Below, piece after piece: positions 39,462 to 52,935 of a DNA stretch of 64,000 nt. The stretch is from Octopus sinensis (Eukaryota): contig NC_043000.1 in assembly GCF_006345805.1 (NCBI RefSeq), forward strand, positions 67,394,001 through 67,458,000, given 5' to 3'. Position numbers and translations under genes: made by a program. Position 1 is the first letter of the stretch. Every line of letters starts with the position of its first letter. Under the pieces are notes generated by a model that saw nothing but the letters and a program-made list of their open reading frames with translations, searched no databases and was not told the origin of the DNA.

Positions 39462-40970
39462 TTTAGGGATAAATGAAGGCTCTGGTATTCAGCATGCAAG
39501 CATGAAAGAGAAGATCAGGAAGGAATGTTATAGGAGAGTTCGTGCAGTCCTGAAATCTGAACTAAATGCACGTAACAAGGTGTTAGCTATAAATTCCTTA
39601 GCAGTTCCAGTTGTTACTTATAGCTACAATGTGTTGAATTGGAATATGAGTGAAGTAAAGAATATAGATAGGAAAATACGCAAGCTGCTGAGTTGTAATA
39701 GGATGCACCACCCAAAGGCAGACGTAGATCGCCTTTACCTTCCCAGAGCCCAAGGATGTCGAGGCCTGATCCAATTTGAACTAGCTTACAAAACAACCAC
39801 AATTGGACTGGCCAAATATCTCGAAATATCGAATGACTGGATGCTAAAGCTCGTGGAAAATCACGAGAGACGAAAGAAGCTTCATTCTATCATAAAGGAA
39901 AGCAAAAAATTTGCTATTGATCTCGTGCAGGATACCCAAACTGAACAACCCGAGGGAAGTACGGCAACTATTGTTGCAAAGAAGGTGAAAATGATGGCAA
40001 CGAAAAAAGCGCACGTGCAATTGGCTGATAGGTGGGAGGAGAAACCTCTGCACGGCAAATATGTGACCCGCAGCAAACAAGCTGATGTTGACCAGAAGCA
40101 AACCCATCAGTGGCTACGGAGCTCAGGGCTAAAAGCAGAGAGCGAAGGTTTCATCCTGGCTGCTCAAGATCAAAGCCTATTAACCCGGAACTACCAGGCC
40201 AATGTGATGAAAAATGGAGCAGACCCAAAATGCCGATTCTGCAACGACATGATTGAAACAGTGGACCATCTAATCTCTGGATGTAAAGTCTTAGCACCAG
40301 TGGAGTATAAATTAAGACATGACAGAGTTGGCCAATATCTACACTGGCTAATAAGTCGGCATTACAATATCAAAACTGCCGACAAGTGGTATAATCACCA
40401 CCCTGAGGCTGTAACTGAAGGAGAAAATGTAACCATTCTGTGGGACTTTCCAGTACATACAGACCGAACCATCAAGGCCAATAAACCAGATATTGTTGTG
40501 AAAGACCAAAACAATAAAGTTTGCTTATTGATCGACATGAGCATCCCCTGTGATCATAATATCTCAGCGAAAGAGTTTGACAAGCACAGAAAATATAAAG
40601 ACCTACTCATTGAAATTGAGAAAATGTGGCATCTCAAGGCGGTTACAATACCAGTGATCGTAGGAGCACTAGGAATGATCAAGAAGGGAACCGAAAATTA
40701 TATGAGAATGATCCCTGGCTTACCATCCCTGCAAGAAGTGCAAAAGATTGTCTTAACTGGTACATCACACGTATTGAGAAGAGCATTGTCGATGTGAGAA
40801 CTATTGCTGCTCATGTATTTTAATTTAACTTAAAAAAAAAAAATTAACGAACTATTGAGTTTGGTTTAATGGCCTACCAATGTATACTATGAGTTTCTTT
40901 GCCCTAGGAGTCGGGAAGACACTCGGCAAGAAATGGAAGCAAATTTGAAAGAAGGAAAAAAAAAATGATA
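39457..40970 (+). mobile_element. 5'-truncated R4/Dong-like retrotransposon; 446 open codons from KYLG through CCHC and RLE (stop at 40797)
   Basis: KYLG, RLYLPRAQG.RGL, LHGKY, AAQDQ, CRFC..ETVDHLISGC, RHD, KPDIV, IDMSIPCD, KYKDL; (AAT)n on both flanks. Confidence 0.97.
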
Positions 40971-40984
40971 ATAATAATAATGAC

Positions 40985-41622
40985 GTAGACACAAAGTGTA
41001 GACTCTGCAACGAGAAACTTGGGAGTATTGACCATATTGTTGCCGGTTGCTCAGTCCTTGCCCCTACAGAATATAAAATCAGACATGATCGAATTGGTCA
41101 ATACTTGCACTGGAGCATATGCCGTTATTATGATATCCCACACCCTAAGAACACCATCCAGAGCCAGTCACTGAAAGAGAAAATGTGACCAATCCTATGG
41201 GATTATGGGATACATTCAGATAGGCAAATAAATACTAACAACCAGACATCATCACCAAAGACTTAACACAAAGAAATATGCCTGTTAATTGATATGACAG
41301 TGTTTCTGATTGCAACATCTCAGCAGAGAAATTTGAAAAACTGTCGAAATATGAGGATCTTGAAATTGAGATATCTAAGACGTGGCAATTTAAGACCAAA
41401 ACCATCCCTGTTGTTGTAGGTGCACTGGGAATGATCAAGAAAGTTACTGACAAATTTTTTTTTACCATATCTCTGGGAAAACAACAATCTATGAGACTGA
41501 AAAGATTGTGTTGACATCAACCGCCCACATTCTCAGGAAGTACCTCTCCAGCCAATATATACGTGCCTTAGGTCTCTGGTTGAGACCCGGTCGGAATATG
41601 AAATGAAATGCAAATCAATCGG

Positions 41623-41625
<3 letters not shown>
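40985..41625 (+). mobile_element. CRLCNE: Decayed R4/Dong-like 3' fragment
   Basis: CRLCNE..SIDHIVAGCSVLAPTEYKIRHD, NQPDII, KYEDLEIEI, PVVVGALG; ends in (AAT)n. Confidence 0.9.
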
Positions 41626-41699
<74 letters not shown>

Positions 41700-41885
41700 T
41701 CATTCAATTTTCTTTGTCAGAAATTTTAGTTAAGAGATTAGTCAATTACATCAACTTGTACTTTATTCAACGATCTCGAAAGGATGAAAGGCAAACTTGA
41801 ACTCAGCCGGATTTGAACTCAGAACATAAAGTGCCAGACGAAATGGTACAAAACATTTTTTCCGACGGGCTAACGATTCTGCGAA
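41700..41885 (-). mobile_element. SINE family A, decayed
   Basis: GAAAGGATGAAAGGCAAACTTGAACTCAGCCGGATTTGAACTCAGAAC...GCTAACGATTCTGC. Confidence 0.75.
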
Positions 41886-43387
41886 TAAGATAGAGATGAT
41901 TTAAATATGCCAATGGACTTGAATGTGGTTAACTAAGTTAAGTAGCGATGTATAAATGTTGTACACAAAAGAATTTTTATGCTTAATTTACTTGAAATAT
42001 TCCTCTTAGTCAGAAGAAGAAAACAAAAGCCTAGAGGCAAAGTTAGTGATTCTTAAAGGAAAGGGAAGACAACTTCAAGATATCTCAAAATATATTTACC
42101 TGTATAGAGAAAGAGAAGTAAGATCTTTGCAGGCAAGGGACGACTGTGAGCATGTTCCTGTCTGCTAGGCCTCATTAACATAATATCGCCTATCCAAGAT
42201 TGTCGAATAGCAACAAATAATTTGAATATGACAAAGAATTTAACGCGTAGAAAGAGAGATATAAATAATTATTGACCTAACAGACCAAAACAAGTTCCCT
42301 CTATAGTTGCCGTTTGCCTACAAATAAAGGTCAAACTTTCCTTCCTCTGGGCATGTATATTAACTCTAAGCTATTAATTATTACTTATCTCCCTTTTTCT
42401 TCGAAAGTTGCTAACAACTGCCGCTGGGTAGTTTAGTTTTATTTTTGTTTTCTTTTATTATGAAAGACAGACATTTCATTTGGGAATTTTTGAATTTTAA
42501 CGTACGGCAATTCTAATAAAGACAAAAAATAAAAAGAAGAAAAAACAATTTGTTTATAGATCTTCGATTCTAAAATGTAAAAATTGCGAGCGCGGTAGTT
42601 CATTTATGGGAAGGAAACGAAATTGTTCGTACGAGGCACATGGTTAGTTTGAGTAAAGATGACACCACACATGTAAGAGTAAGAACATCAGCATTGTGGT
42701 GAAACATACATCCGCATCATAAATAGCAGCAGTTGTTGTTTTTAGCCCTAAGTCAGGCCTGACAGAAGATGTATGTAATCAAAAGATCTTTCCATTTGTG
42801 ACCATTGTATCTTTCTAGGACTACATGACTGTCTCATTCTCTCCTTTAAGATGGCACACTATAATTTAACTGCGGTTTCTAGCAAAAGGATTTTATTGTT
42901 GACTCGTAAGTAGCAATAGCTGCAGTCTCAAGAGCTGGATTGTAAACAAAAGCAGGGACTTCAGCAGCTGTAGTTGTAGGCAATAACTGTATCGGTTATA
43001 GTGACAGCAGCTCTAGTAGTGGCGGCACACACTACCAGCACCACCAGCGACAACAGCAGCAGCAGCAACTTTGTTACCAGATTTGCCGTGCTACTTTTAT
43101 CAAGAATAGTGATTTATTGAGAGCAGCAGCAGCAGCTGGCACCGAAATATGCAATTGACGTTGAATTATCAGAGCCGGTTCCAACATGATTAACTGCTGT
43201 GATGGCAGCAGCTTGAGCATCGGCAACAGCAGTAGCATTAGCAGTGGCTGTGACAATAGCAGACACCGATAGCTACAGCAGCAACTGCAGCTGCAGCAGC
43301 AACAACAATAACAGCAACAGAAGTATTGAATGTCGAAGTAACAACAACAACAAGAACAATAACAGTAACAAAACATATCTTGGTGCC

Positions 43388-43605
43388 GTTGTTGTCAGTG
43401 AGTGATAGGCCAGCTTTGCTTGAACTCACCTATGATCAAACACATTCCAGCTATGAACGTCTCGGGTTTTTTTTTCAGACATAATAGGGCTGTGTGATCC
43501 AAAGTGTTTTTTCTTTAGATGATAAAGTATCATCTGAGGGAGATTATAACTGCTATTTATAGGAGGTCGAGCGACATCACAGAGACAACTACGTTGGCTC
43601 GTTGA
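43388..43605. repeat. Old dispersed repeat, family E (related copies near 21340, 25115, 25920, 28590 reversed, 42733, 52098, 63800)
   Basis: Recurrent GACCTATGATCAAAG.CATTCCAG..ATGACCATC...ATTATCCAATG...GTGATTTGAGGGAGATTTGGCTGCTATTTCTAGCAGG-like sequence next to (GTT)n. Confidence 0.65.
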
Positions 43606-44133
43606 TGTAGGAGGATGTAGATGTGTAGATATATGTCAAGGTAGCACTTGTAAAAGAGGATAATACAAAAATAGTAGCTGCAATAGGCATCCACTTGGAA
43701 GTGGTAAATAGAAAACAAACATAATTAGTCAAAAAAAAAAAGAAAAGAAAGAAAGAAACTGCTTCTGTGGGAAGAAATCAAAAAATGTCTGAAGAACAAA
43801 GATTCAATATTGAATACAAGAAGATAGGGAAGTGTGAGTGTGATTCTAAAAAATGAGAATTGAGCGATGAAAATTGCTACCTAATTTAGGTAAGCAAATT
43901 TAGTAGATTTTTATACAATAACCAACAGCAAAACTAGGGTTTCCAGTTCCTCGTATTTTTCTTTCTTAAGATAACTACAGGCTTTAAGTTCCAATTTGAT
44001 TGCCATCTATTAAAGTCAAGTTGGGGAAAAAGCTCAAGTTTTTTTTCTAGAGAACATGTAAGACTTAAACCATTGATTATTCTTTTTATAGAACGCTCAA
44101 ATTTCTGTCTATTTCTAGTTGTTTCAGTTGTAG

Positions 44134-44185
<52 letters not shown>

Positions 44186-44249
44186 TATATATATATTATA
44201 TATATATATATATATACATATATACATACACATATAATAGTCAGTGCAA

Positions 44250-46790
44250 CATCCAACCTCGTTATTATACAATGATATATTCAAACTAATGTCCTCATCG
44301 TGGCTCTTATACTCATAACGTTTCGACCGTTGTACTCTCTCGCCTTCTTCGGGTGCTTGTCCTAATTGTAACGTTCTCAGAATTTCCAACCGACCTCTTT
44401 ATTAAATCCAAGGAAGTAAATTGTCTTATTTCACTGTACACACCAAAGACTTCTCCTATTAGTTATAATCTTGGGACGCCGCTTGTATATTCCCCTTGAA
44501 TGGGAGTATATACTGTTTGACTGACCAAAGGACTAAACTCTGGTCAAAAAATGAAAACTTGAATGTTTGAAAAATCGCAGTATGAGACATAACAGTTTTC
44601 ACCATCTACCAGTGCAAATCGTCAACATCAGTAAATGTCAGTTGATGAATACTGTTCCTTTGAAGGAACAGTGCTAAACAAAGGCCTCAACTTCGTAACA
44701 ACCATCTAGCGGGTCCCAAACTTTGATGTAAAAGGCCTAGTTGTGTCGGCTCCTTTAAACATACTCTAACACAGGGCGACAGGTTGAGATGAAGACTAAG
44801 TCAAGCACTGGAGAAAAGCAAACCTCTCGGACTGAATATCATAAAAAAGGGCAAATTGATATTCCTGCAGAGGGACACCAGTATAATTATACTGTCAGTA
44901 GACAATTTCAACGCATTAATGGCGATGGACAGGCTGAAATGCTAGTGTCGAGGGACAGATTGAAGAACTAGCAAACTTAGTGGGGAGCGATAGCTACTAC
45001 AAGTAAAAGAATAATCCAGCCTTGGTAACCGAAGGAAAGCTTTCAACTCTGATAACCGAAAGTAAGATATGATATCTCTCTTCAATCAACATTACAGTAG
45101 GTCGCTGTTTATATAATACAATCTCCCGAAAATTCATGGAAAAAACAGTAGTCAATTAAGAGGTATAGTCGGTTGTCAGGGTGCGGAATATTTTCAAATT
45201 ACTAATGGATATAATCAGCCTACTAATAGATCAGTCACTGGTCTATATACATATATATATATATAAATTCTGCCCAAGTTTGTCGGCATAATTAAAGGCA
45301 CTCCTATACATTCCAACTGCTTGTTGAGTTTGGAAGTGGCGACACTGTTCACTTAGGTTTGTGACAAATTGCTATCAGATCTTTCAATTGGAGAACGTAT
45401 CAGTAACTCAATAGACAATCTATTAGACATGTTGACATTCTGTGTTCAAACAACATACTTGTATTTAGGTACTGACATAGATAGCAAAAATATTTAGCTT
45501 TGAGATGACAAACAAATATGTATGGAAATGGCTTAAGGGTCGTTGCCGTTTAAGCTATGTTGCGGACATTTTCATACACTGGCCTTACTAGGAAGAAATG
45601 TAAGTACTGCTGAACCATGGGAACTCAATAAGACTTTCAGTTCAATTCACACAGAGTGGAGTCACATTTGCAAATCTCAAACCCAGAGCTACCAGAAAGT
45701 ACGTAAATTTTGATATCCACCACCCATATAACTGTGTACAGAATCAAAACTCATAAGTGTTTTATCAACATGAGATAATCAAACTTGGTAAGAGGATCTG
45801 CAGTTTAAACATCAGGCCAGTATCCAGAGCTGGTTTACTCTTCGGAACATCTCTTCCTAACAAAGCTTCCATCAGAAGAGACCATGACTAAGAAGTGTGT
45901 AATCCATTTCAGGAAGTTGTGACAGTGAATATAAAGGTGGGATCAGCTATTCTGCTACAAATAAAGCTAGAAGATTATTGTGAAGTTGTAAATCCACGAA
46001 GAGATATAAAAATCCACCATGGCTACTCATTTGTGGACAGAAAAATATGGTCACCAGCCTTTGTGGAACAAAGTTAAGTTAATCGATAAGGATCAACGTT
46101 GAAAGATAACACGACGAAGAATATCAGCACGTGTGCTGGACTTTGAAACCTTCTAGGCAGGCCTAACAAGTGGGTAAAAACCCATATGGGCACCTTTGAT
46201 TAACAAAGAACATAAAACCTGCAGCTACAAAATAAGTTAAACTCAAAGCTCCTTATTTCCATCACAAGATTTGTTAAGAGTAACACAGCCAGTGAGTGTG
46301 GGTTCAATCCCTGCATCAGCCAAATAATGTTATTCTGGTTTAACGCGGCGTGCTGGCAGAATAGATAAAACGCCGGGCAAAATGTTTAGTAGTATTTCCT
46401 TCGTCTTCACGGTCTGAGTTCAAATTCCGCCGAGGTCGACTTTGCCCTTCATCCTTTTGGGATCGATAAAATAAGTACCAGTTGAGCACTGAGGTCGACG
46501 TAATCGGCTTACTGCTCCCTCAAAATTACCGGCCTTATCAAAGTTTGAAACTAATGTGTTATTCGGGTTTAAGTGAATGAGCAAGCGACGCTACAAGTAG
46601 GAGAATAACTAATATGAGAATATCCCTGGCATGAATAACTGAATGGAAACAAATCTGCACCCATAGATTAATTAAAACATTCCGAGAACGGTACCTGAAG
46701 AAGGCTGAAAAGTTAAACGGTCAAAATAAGGATACTCGACTAAATGTATCAATGCATCAATCATGTGAAATATATCAGTCACATCTCAGA
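44250..46790 (+). mobile_element. Decayed Penelope/Poseidon-like element with terminal repeat remnants
   Basis: VLNKGLNFVTT, YNLPKIH and LSLEVATLFT in order; pLTR-like CTGAAGAAGGC..CGGTC at 46694 (+) and an inverted counterpart at 44311-44356. Confidence 0.7.
46344..46556 (+). mobile_element. Full-length SINE family A with 16-bp TSD
   Basis: Flanked by TGTTATTCTGGTTTAA and TGTTATTCGGGTTTAA. Confidence 0.9.
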
Positions 46791-47275
46791 AATGCAACTT
46801 CGTATTAAGGATAATCCTCTACAATTACTGCCGTGCAACTCACTCATCAAATTACCACGAATTGCTAAACCGTGAACACATTTCGAGCTGTTGTTATCAG
46901 GTGAAGTTTCAACAGAGCACCTATTAAATGATTCATACAAAAAAAAATGCAACTGGAAAACTGAAATCTCTTTCTCTTTCTTTTTCTCACTCTCACGCTG
47001 TCTCTCCTTTCTCTCTCTTTCAATTCCCCCTCCCTCTTCTCTCTCTTTCCTCTCTCTCTCTCTCCATTCCCCTCTCTTTCTTCCTCCCTCTCTCTTTCTG
47101 CTCCATTTCTTCTAGTGTATTTTAAAGTCATCTCCGCAATTAATTTTTAAGAAAATTAAGTGGGAAAGATGAATTGAATTACATAAATGAGCCAACACTT
47201 CATTGCTACTAAAATAGGAGACTACATATATTTATAGCTAAAGATAATTAGACTCTTGGTATAGCATGCTTCTTA

Positions 47276-47664
47276 AGGCAGCGAGCCTGCAGAATCGTTA
47301 GCACGCCGGGCGAAATGCGCAGCCGTATTTCGTCTGTCGTTACGTTGTGAGTTCAAATTCCGCCAAGGTCAACTTTGTCTTTCATCCTTTCGGGGTCGAT
47401 AAATGAATACCAGTTACGCACTGGGTCGATGTAATCGACTTAATACCTATGTCTGTCCTTGTTTGTCCCTTCTATGTTTAGCCCGTTGTGGGTAATAAAG
47501 AAATAGGTATTTCGTCTGCCTTCCGTTCTAAGTTCAAATTCCGCCCAGGGTGACTTTGCCCTTGATGCTTTCGAGGTCGATAAATTAAGTACTAGTTGCA
47601 TACTGAGATCGATCGACTTGCGCCCTTCCCAGAAATTTCGGGCTTTGTACTTTGAGTAGAAAAG
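47276..47664 (+). mobile_element. Dimeric family A SINE with 18-bp TSD
   Basis: Two GTTCAAATTCCGCC units; flanked by GGTATAGCATGCTTCTTA (47258-47275) and GGTATAGTATGCTTCTTA (47665-47682). Confidence 0.9.
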
Positions 47665-48027
47665 GGTATAGTATGCTTCTTATTTACTGAACTGACTCTC
47701 TATACTGTTGGGAACCCGAAAATATAAATTTATATAATCCATAAAACGCTTACATTGTGACGCATCAGCGTTATTACAAACACGCGCATATAGTTATGTT
47801 CTCTAATACTAGATTATTATAAAGTGTCAAACATCTTTTGTCGTTCGTTTATGACAAAGTTACTGAGACTACTGTTTGTGAAAAAGCTATAAATGTAAGA
47901 TGAAAGACTTCGACATATTATGGATATTAGAGTCAATGCGTGTATTTTATGGCTACAATGACTATAACAATCACATTGTCTTTGTTTCAACATAAGATTT
48001 GAAGTGAAACTCAAAAGATTATTGTTA

Positions 48028-48432
48028 GGTCTGGTTGTGTGGTAAGAAGTTTGCTTCCCAACCACATGGTCCCGGATTCAGTCCCACTGTATGGCACTTT
48101 GGGTAAGCGCCTTCTACTTTAGCCCCAGGTGGACCAAAGCCTTGTGAGTGGATTTAGTAGACGGAAACCGTAAGAATACCGTCGTTTGTGTGTATATATA
48201 TAGAAAGATAGATGCGTGTGTATCTGTGTGTGTATCTATGTGTGTCTTGACAACCGGTGCTGGTTTGTTTGTGCCCCTCCTGTAACTTAGCGGTCAAGCA
48301 AATGGAGATTGATAGAATAATTATCAGGCTTTAAAAATCATAACTACGGGAGTCGATTTCTAGACTCCTGTACTCTTAAGGCAGTGCCTCAACATGGCCG
48401 CAATTCAGTAACAGAAATAAGTAAAAGATAAA
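48028..48432 (+). mobile_element. Full SINE family B
   Basis: Head, central (TG/TA) tract and tail as in the other copies. Confidence 0.85.
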
Positions 48433-49399
48433 GGATATGCTGGCTGTCCACTCGATTTTGAATGCAAATAACATTTGATACGAATCGTTCCTTTTCATGG
48501 ATTTTTGACTCCTAAGAAGACCTTCAAGCCAGAACTTAGACATAATTAATGTAACATGATGTACCAAAAGCTACCCGTGTCTATTTTTGTTTATGCTGAA
48601 ATGAGCTCGCATTTCTAAGTGGAGAAGTTCCAATGCCATAAGAAGAAAGTGAGACGACAGGGCCATATCAAACTCATATTTCATATGAGAATATTTTCAT
48701 CTCCCAGTCCTTTCCAGTCAAAGTGTCCTCCTACAGAACAATAGGGATTTGAATTCAGTGCTTCTCTCTCAAATAACCCCACCACCATCTGTATGGCTGA
48801 GGAGCTCTATCTGACTCCTTTCTACTCAGATATTTTGATAAAACAATTCCACCTTCGGCAAAAGGTCTTACAGCGTTCTAATTCATCGTCACCTCTGGTA
48901 TTTCCTTGTTCCGAGCAATATTGCTAGACAGTCACTGGTCGTATATTAGAGATTATCCATTCTTTTGACATGTTTTGTTTTTCTCTCGCTGGGTTTCTAG
49001 AAATCCTCCTTTTTAGCATGCAGAACTAACGTTCCTCGGATATATTTTTCTCAACTCTATTTTTTCCGATCTCAATAGTCACCTTTCCAGGATAAAGTGG
49101 TGTTGCAACCTATTTATGGTAAACACAGCCAATATGGTTGGCGTAGACATTACAGTTAAAATTAGATATTTTGACCATTAAATTTATATACCATCAGTCA
49201 GATACCTATCAATATCTGGAACTGGTGCATGTTGCATGTTGTCAACTTTAGTATTGTACTATGTCGCTAGTGTTGTTTTCATCATGGTTGTCTATTTCCG
49301 CGGTTAATTCTATAAAGTATAGATTTGTTATCCACTAATGTTTTGCGATCTAGGTTTGGTTTATGTTGTGTGGTATAAGGCATGGCAAATGCTTCCTGT

Positions 49400-49950
49400 T
49401 GTAATTACATGTTGTTTTGCTAAATGAGTGTGGTACTTGTATGGCCAACACAACAGCTGCGATCATGAGAAAGTCATAATAGAAAATAATGGAATAGGAA
49501 GACACGAACATGTGACATACACCAGATATGTGGATGATATAAGTGTTGTAGCATACACAGCGGAAGGACGAAAACAAAAAAGAACTAGGGTACAATTAAA
49601 ACTTCGAGCAGTACAATGACACCATTTCTGTACATAAACATTCACATAAAGAAAATAACATCACGTCCGTTTGGACCAAAGACACTGTTAAAAGACACTG
49701 CATTACAGAGACATTACAAAGAGACACTGCATTATAGAAACACAAATGACCACACAAAAACACTATGTGGGCAATAAAGCTCTTTCTTAAAAGAGCATTT
49801 ACATGCTCTTGCAAAAGGAAACACTAGATAAAGAAATCACAAAATAAATTTGACACTAAAATCAACTGTGCCTAGCTTAAGTAACCAGTAGACTGGGCTA
49901 GTAGAAAAATAGAAGCACGAGTACAATGCAACAAATCCATTAGATACAGC
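49400..49950 (+). mobile_element. Decayed RT remnant, probably PLE
   Basis: YTRYVDDISV followed by TPFLYINI, which resembles LPFLDV.I. Confidence 0.45.
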
Positions 49951-50855
49951 ATCGGCATCCATAAAAAATAACACAAAGTACTCTAAGTGTATTATATGAA
50001 TCTACTGCAAACTAATTATAAAGGAGATGAATACATTATCGAAAAACCTCGATATCAAACCTTAAGCTAACACTAATGTACAACAGACAGTAAAAGCAAA
50101 AATACCCTTATTAATAGCAGACTGCAAGCATGAACACAGGCGAACAAACTACTAATGACCAATGTGTTTATTAATGCGATAGCACATGTGCGACTTGATA
50201 TAGTTTATGACTCCAACATATATACGAAGATATAAAAAGCCTTGATTAAATGATGAACCTGTAATACAATTGTGTTTTCAAAATAACATGTCTAAAAGAA
50301 AGACTTTCTCTCTCTCTGCTTTATATTTACATGTACGCGCGCACATTCACACACACTCACACATATGTAAGCTATGGACACAAGAGGTGCAGTGAATTAA
50401 TAGGAAGATTATCAGAAAAGATAGCTTTCGTATGTGGATGATGAACAGTATCCATAAAACTTTGGAGGCTCGAGAAATTGAATCTCAAATGTTCTGGTGG
50501 CTCACTAGAGGTTTGATAACATTTGATAGCCGATACACGGAGAGGAGCTTTGGAAAGTACACTATGCTGTTATTGCACAGGTTATATATATGTATATATA
50601 TATATATATATGGAATTGGTTCTCGAAGTACATATAAAGCTATAAAGGACAAGTAAATATTGGGTTCAGAAACCTTTTTAGGTAAAAAAATGTCGAAGGC
50701 AGCCATCGACTTTTTCTCTGCAAAAGGGATTTTTCGATGCAATATTTACGTACATGTGCTTTGAGATCTAATTCCAAAACAGAATTATTCACGTTCTCTC
50801 GAAAGTTTATAAATTCTTATGACGTCAGGAATACATACATACATACATATATATG

Positions 50856-50937
<82 letters not shown>

Positions 50938-51316
50938 GTAAACATAGACGCATTGATGATAATTCTAGAATGACTTCAAACAAAATTTCTTCTTCATCGT
51001 TATCTCAGTATCTACACCATTGGTTCATTGGGTGATATTAATCCACTTTCTGTCAATGAATCGATGGATGGTCATGCCAGAATCAACGGTTAATCTAGTT
51101 TTTGAATAAAACTATTGAATTTTTCTTCTTTATATTGATTTCTCTATTATTTAAAATTATTTTATTTCAGTAACGCACACATGCGTGCATGTACAGACAC
51201 ACGCACACACGTGCACACACAAGCACACACAAACATACACACACACACGCTCTAAAGTCTCGTAGAGTGTCCTCTTGTGTTTCTGGTCTCCTTGATCTTT
51301 CATTCAAGAATTTTCA

Positions 51317-51364
<48 letters not shown>

Positions 51365-51373
51365 ATATATATA

Positions 51374-51441
<68 letters not shown>

Positions 51442-52519
51442 GTATATATATACACACATAAGTACGTACATAAGTACATGCATGTATACATACATACATA
51501 TATACACAGACATAAATATACATGTGTATACATATATTTACAGTCGTCTACGACTTCATAAGTCAGAAAAAAAATGTACTCGTATATTTGTCAATAAAGA
51601 GGCTGTATTAATCAAATTATACAGTGTTATAGACCCATTAGAGCTGATTCGACATATCAGTTTCACACCGGGTACTAAAACTGGATTTTACGTTACAGTA
51701 CTTTTAAGTAATACTGTGTGTATGGCAAGTATGGAAAAGACACTTTGAAACCAATTGGTAAGATAGGCTGTAATTGATTTATAATACTATATACTTTGAT
51801 ATGTATATGTGTGTGTGTGTGTGTGGTGTGTGTGTGTGTGTGTGTGCGTGCGTGTGTGCGTGTGTGTGTGCGTGTCTGTGTTTATTTAACTTTATGTTGC
51901 CTAAATTTAATACTTTGAATTTACTATGTTTTGATATTTTGTATTTCATACAAATTAGTCGATAGTGTATCGAGCAACCAGCTGAAGGTTTACTGCACCG
52001 TATAATATTACCAGAGCTTCGGTGCGTCTCTCTGATCGAGTTCACACTGCTCAAAATGCTGTACGTTTATTGTCACTGCTGCTACTGTTGCTGGTGCTAT
52101 TGTTGTTTAGATCACAACCCAATGATCAACAGGATTATTGCCAGGGTTATAATCTTTCTTCCTTTCTTTTTACTCGGAAGTTTTGGGACTACCTTATCCA
52201 GTCAGACCTTCCCTATGTGAAAGAAAATTGAGTGTGATTTGAGGAGGATTTGACTGCTATTTTTCGAAGAGCGACACGTAGGAGATCTGTCATTGGATCA
52301 AAAGGATCCTTCTTTCACTTTAGTGGTATAATTTGTAACTGCAAACTCTACAATCCTGGGTATTGATTTTATATACGTATATATTTATCTCTCTACTGTA
52401 TTGTATTGTTTGTGTTAGTATAACTTTTGGTAAAATAAAGAGAAGTTTGTCATTAATAAGAAGTTCAGAATCCGATGGCACCACGTTACTCTCTCGGCTT
52501 TACGAGCTTATACTGAAAG

Positions 52520-52679
52520 TAGCTGCTTCCCAACCTCATGGTTCCTGGTTCAGTCCCATTGCGTGGCACCTTGGGCAAGTGTCTTATACTAGAGCCTCGG
52601 ACCGACCAAAGCCTTATGAGTAAATTTGGTAGACGTAAACTGAAAGAAGCCTTTGTTTATATATATATACATTTATGTG

Positions 52680-52727
<48 letters not shown>

Positions 52728-52935
52728 TGTGTGTGTGTGTGCGTGTGTATGTGCGTTTGTCCGGTTTTGGTGTGTTTACGTCCCGCAGCTTAGCGGTTCG
52801 GCGGAAGAGACTGACAGAATAAGTACCAGGCTTAAATAGAAAAGTACTAGGGGGAATTCATTCGATTAAAAATTCTTCAATGCGGTGCCCCAGCATGGCC
52901 ACAATCTAATAAGTGAAACAAGTAAAAGATAAAAA
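52520..52935 (+). mobile_element. SINE family B
   Basis: TGCTTCCCAACC..CACCTTGGGCAAGTGTCTT, (TG)n, then CCCCAGCATGGCC..GAAACAAGTAAAAGATAAAA. Confidence 0.85.

Noticed and set aside
39346-40797. 483-aa ORF as a host gene with a poly-Asn N-terminus
   Set aside because: The start is a TTG inside a SINE, the Asn run is the target microsatellite, and the rest is a truncated retrotransposon ORF
50440-50825. Weak inverted similarity suggesting a MITE
   Set aside because: Short AT-rich matches with no defined termini or TSD
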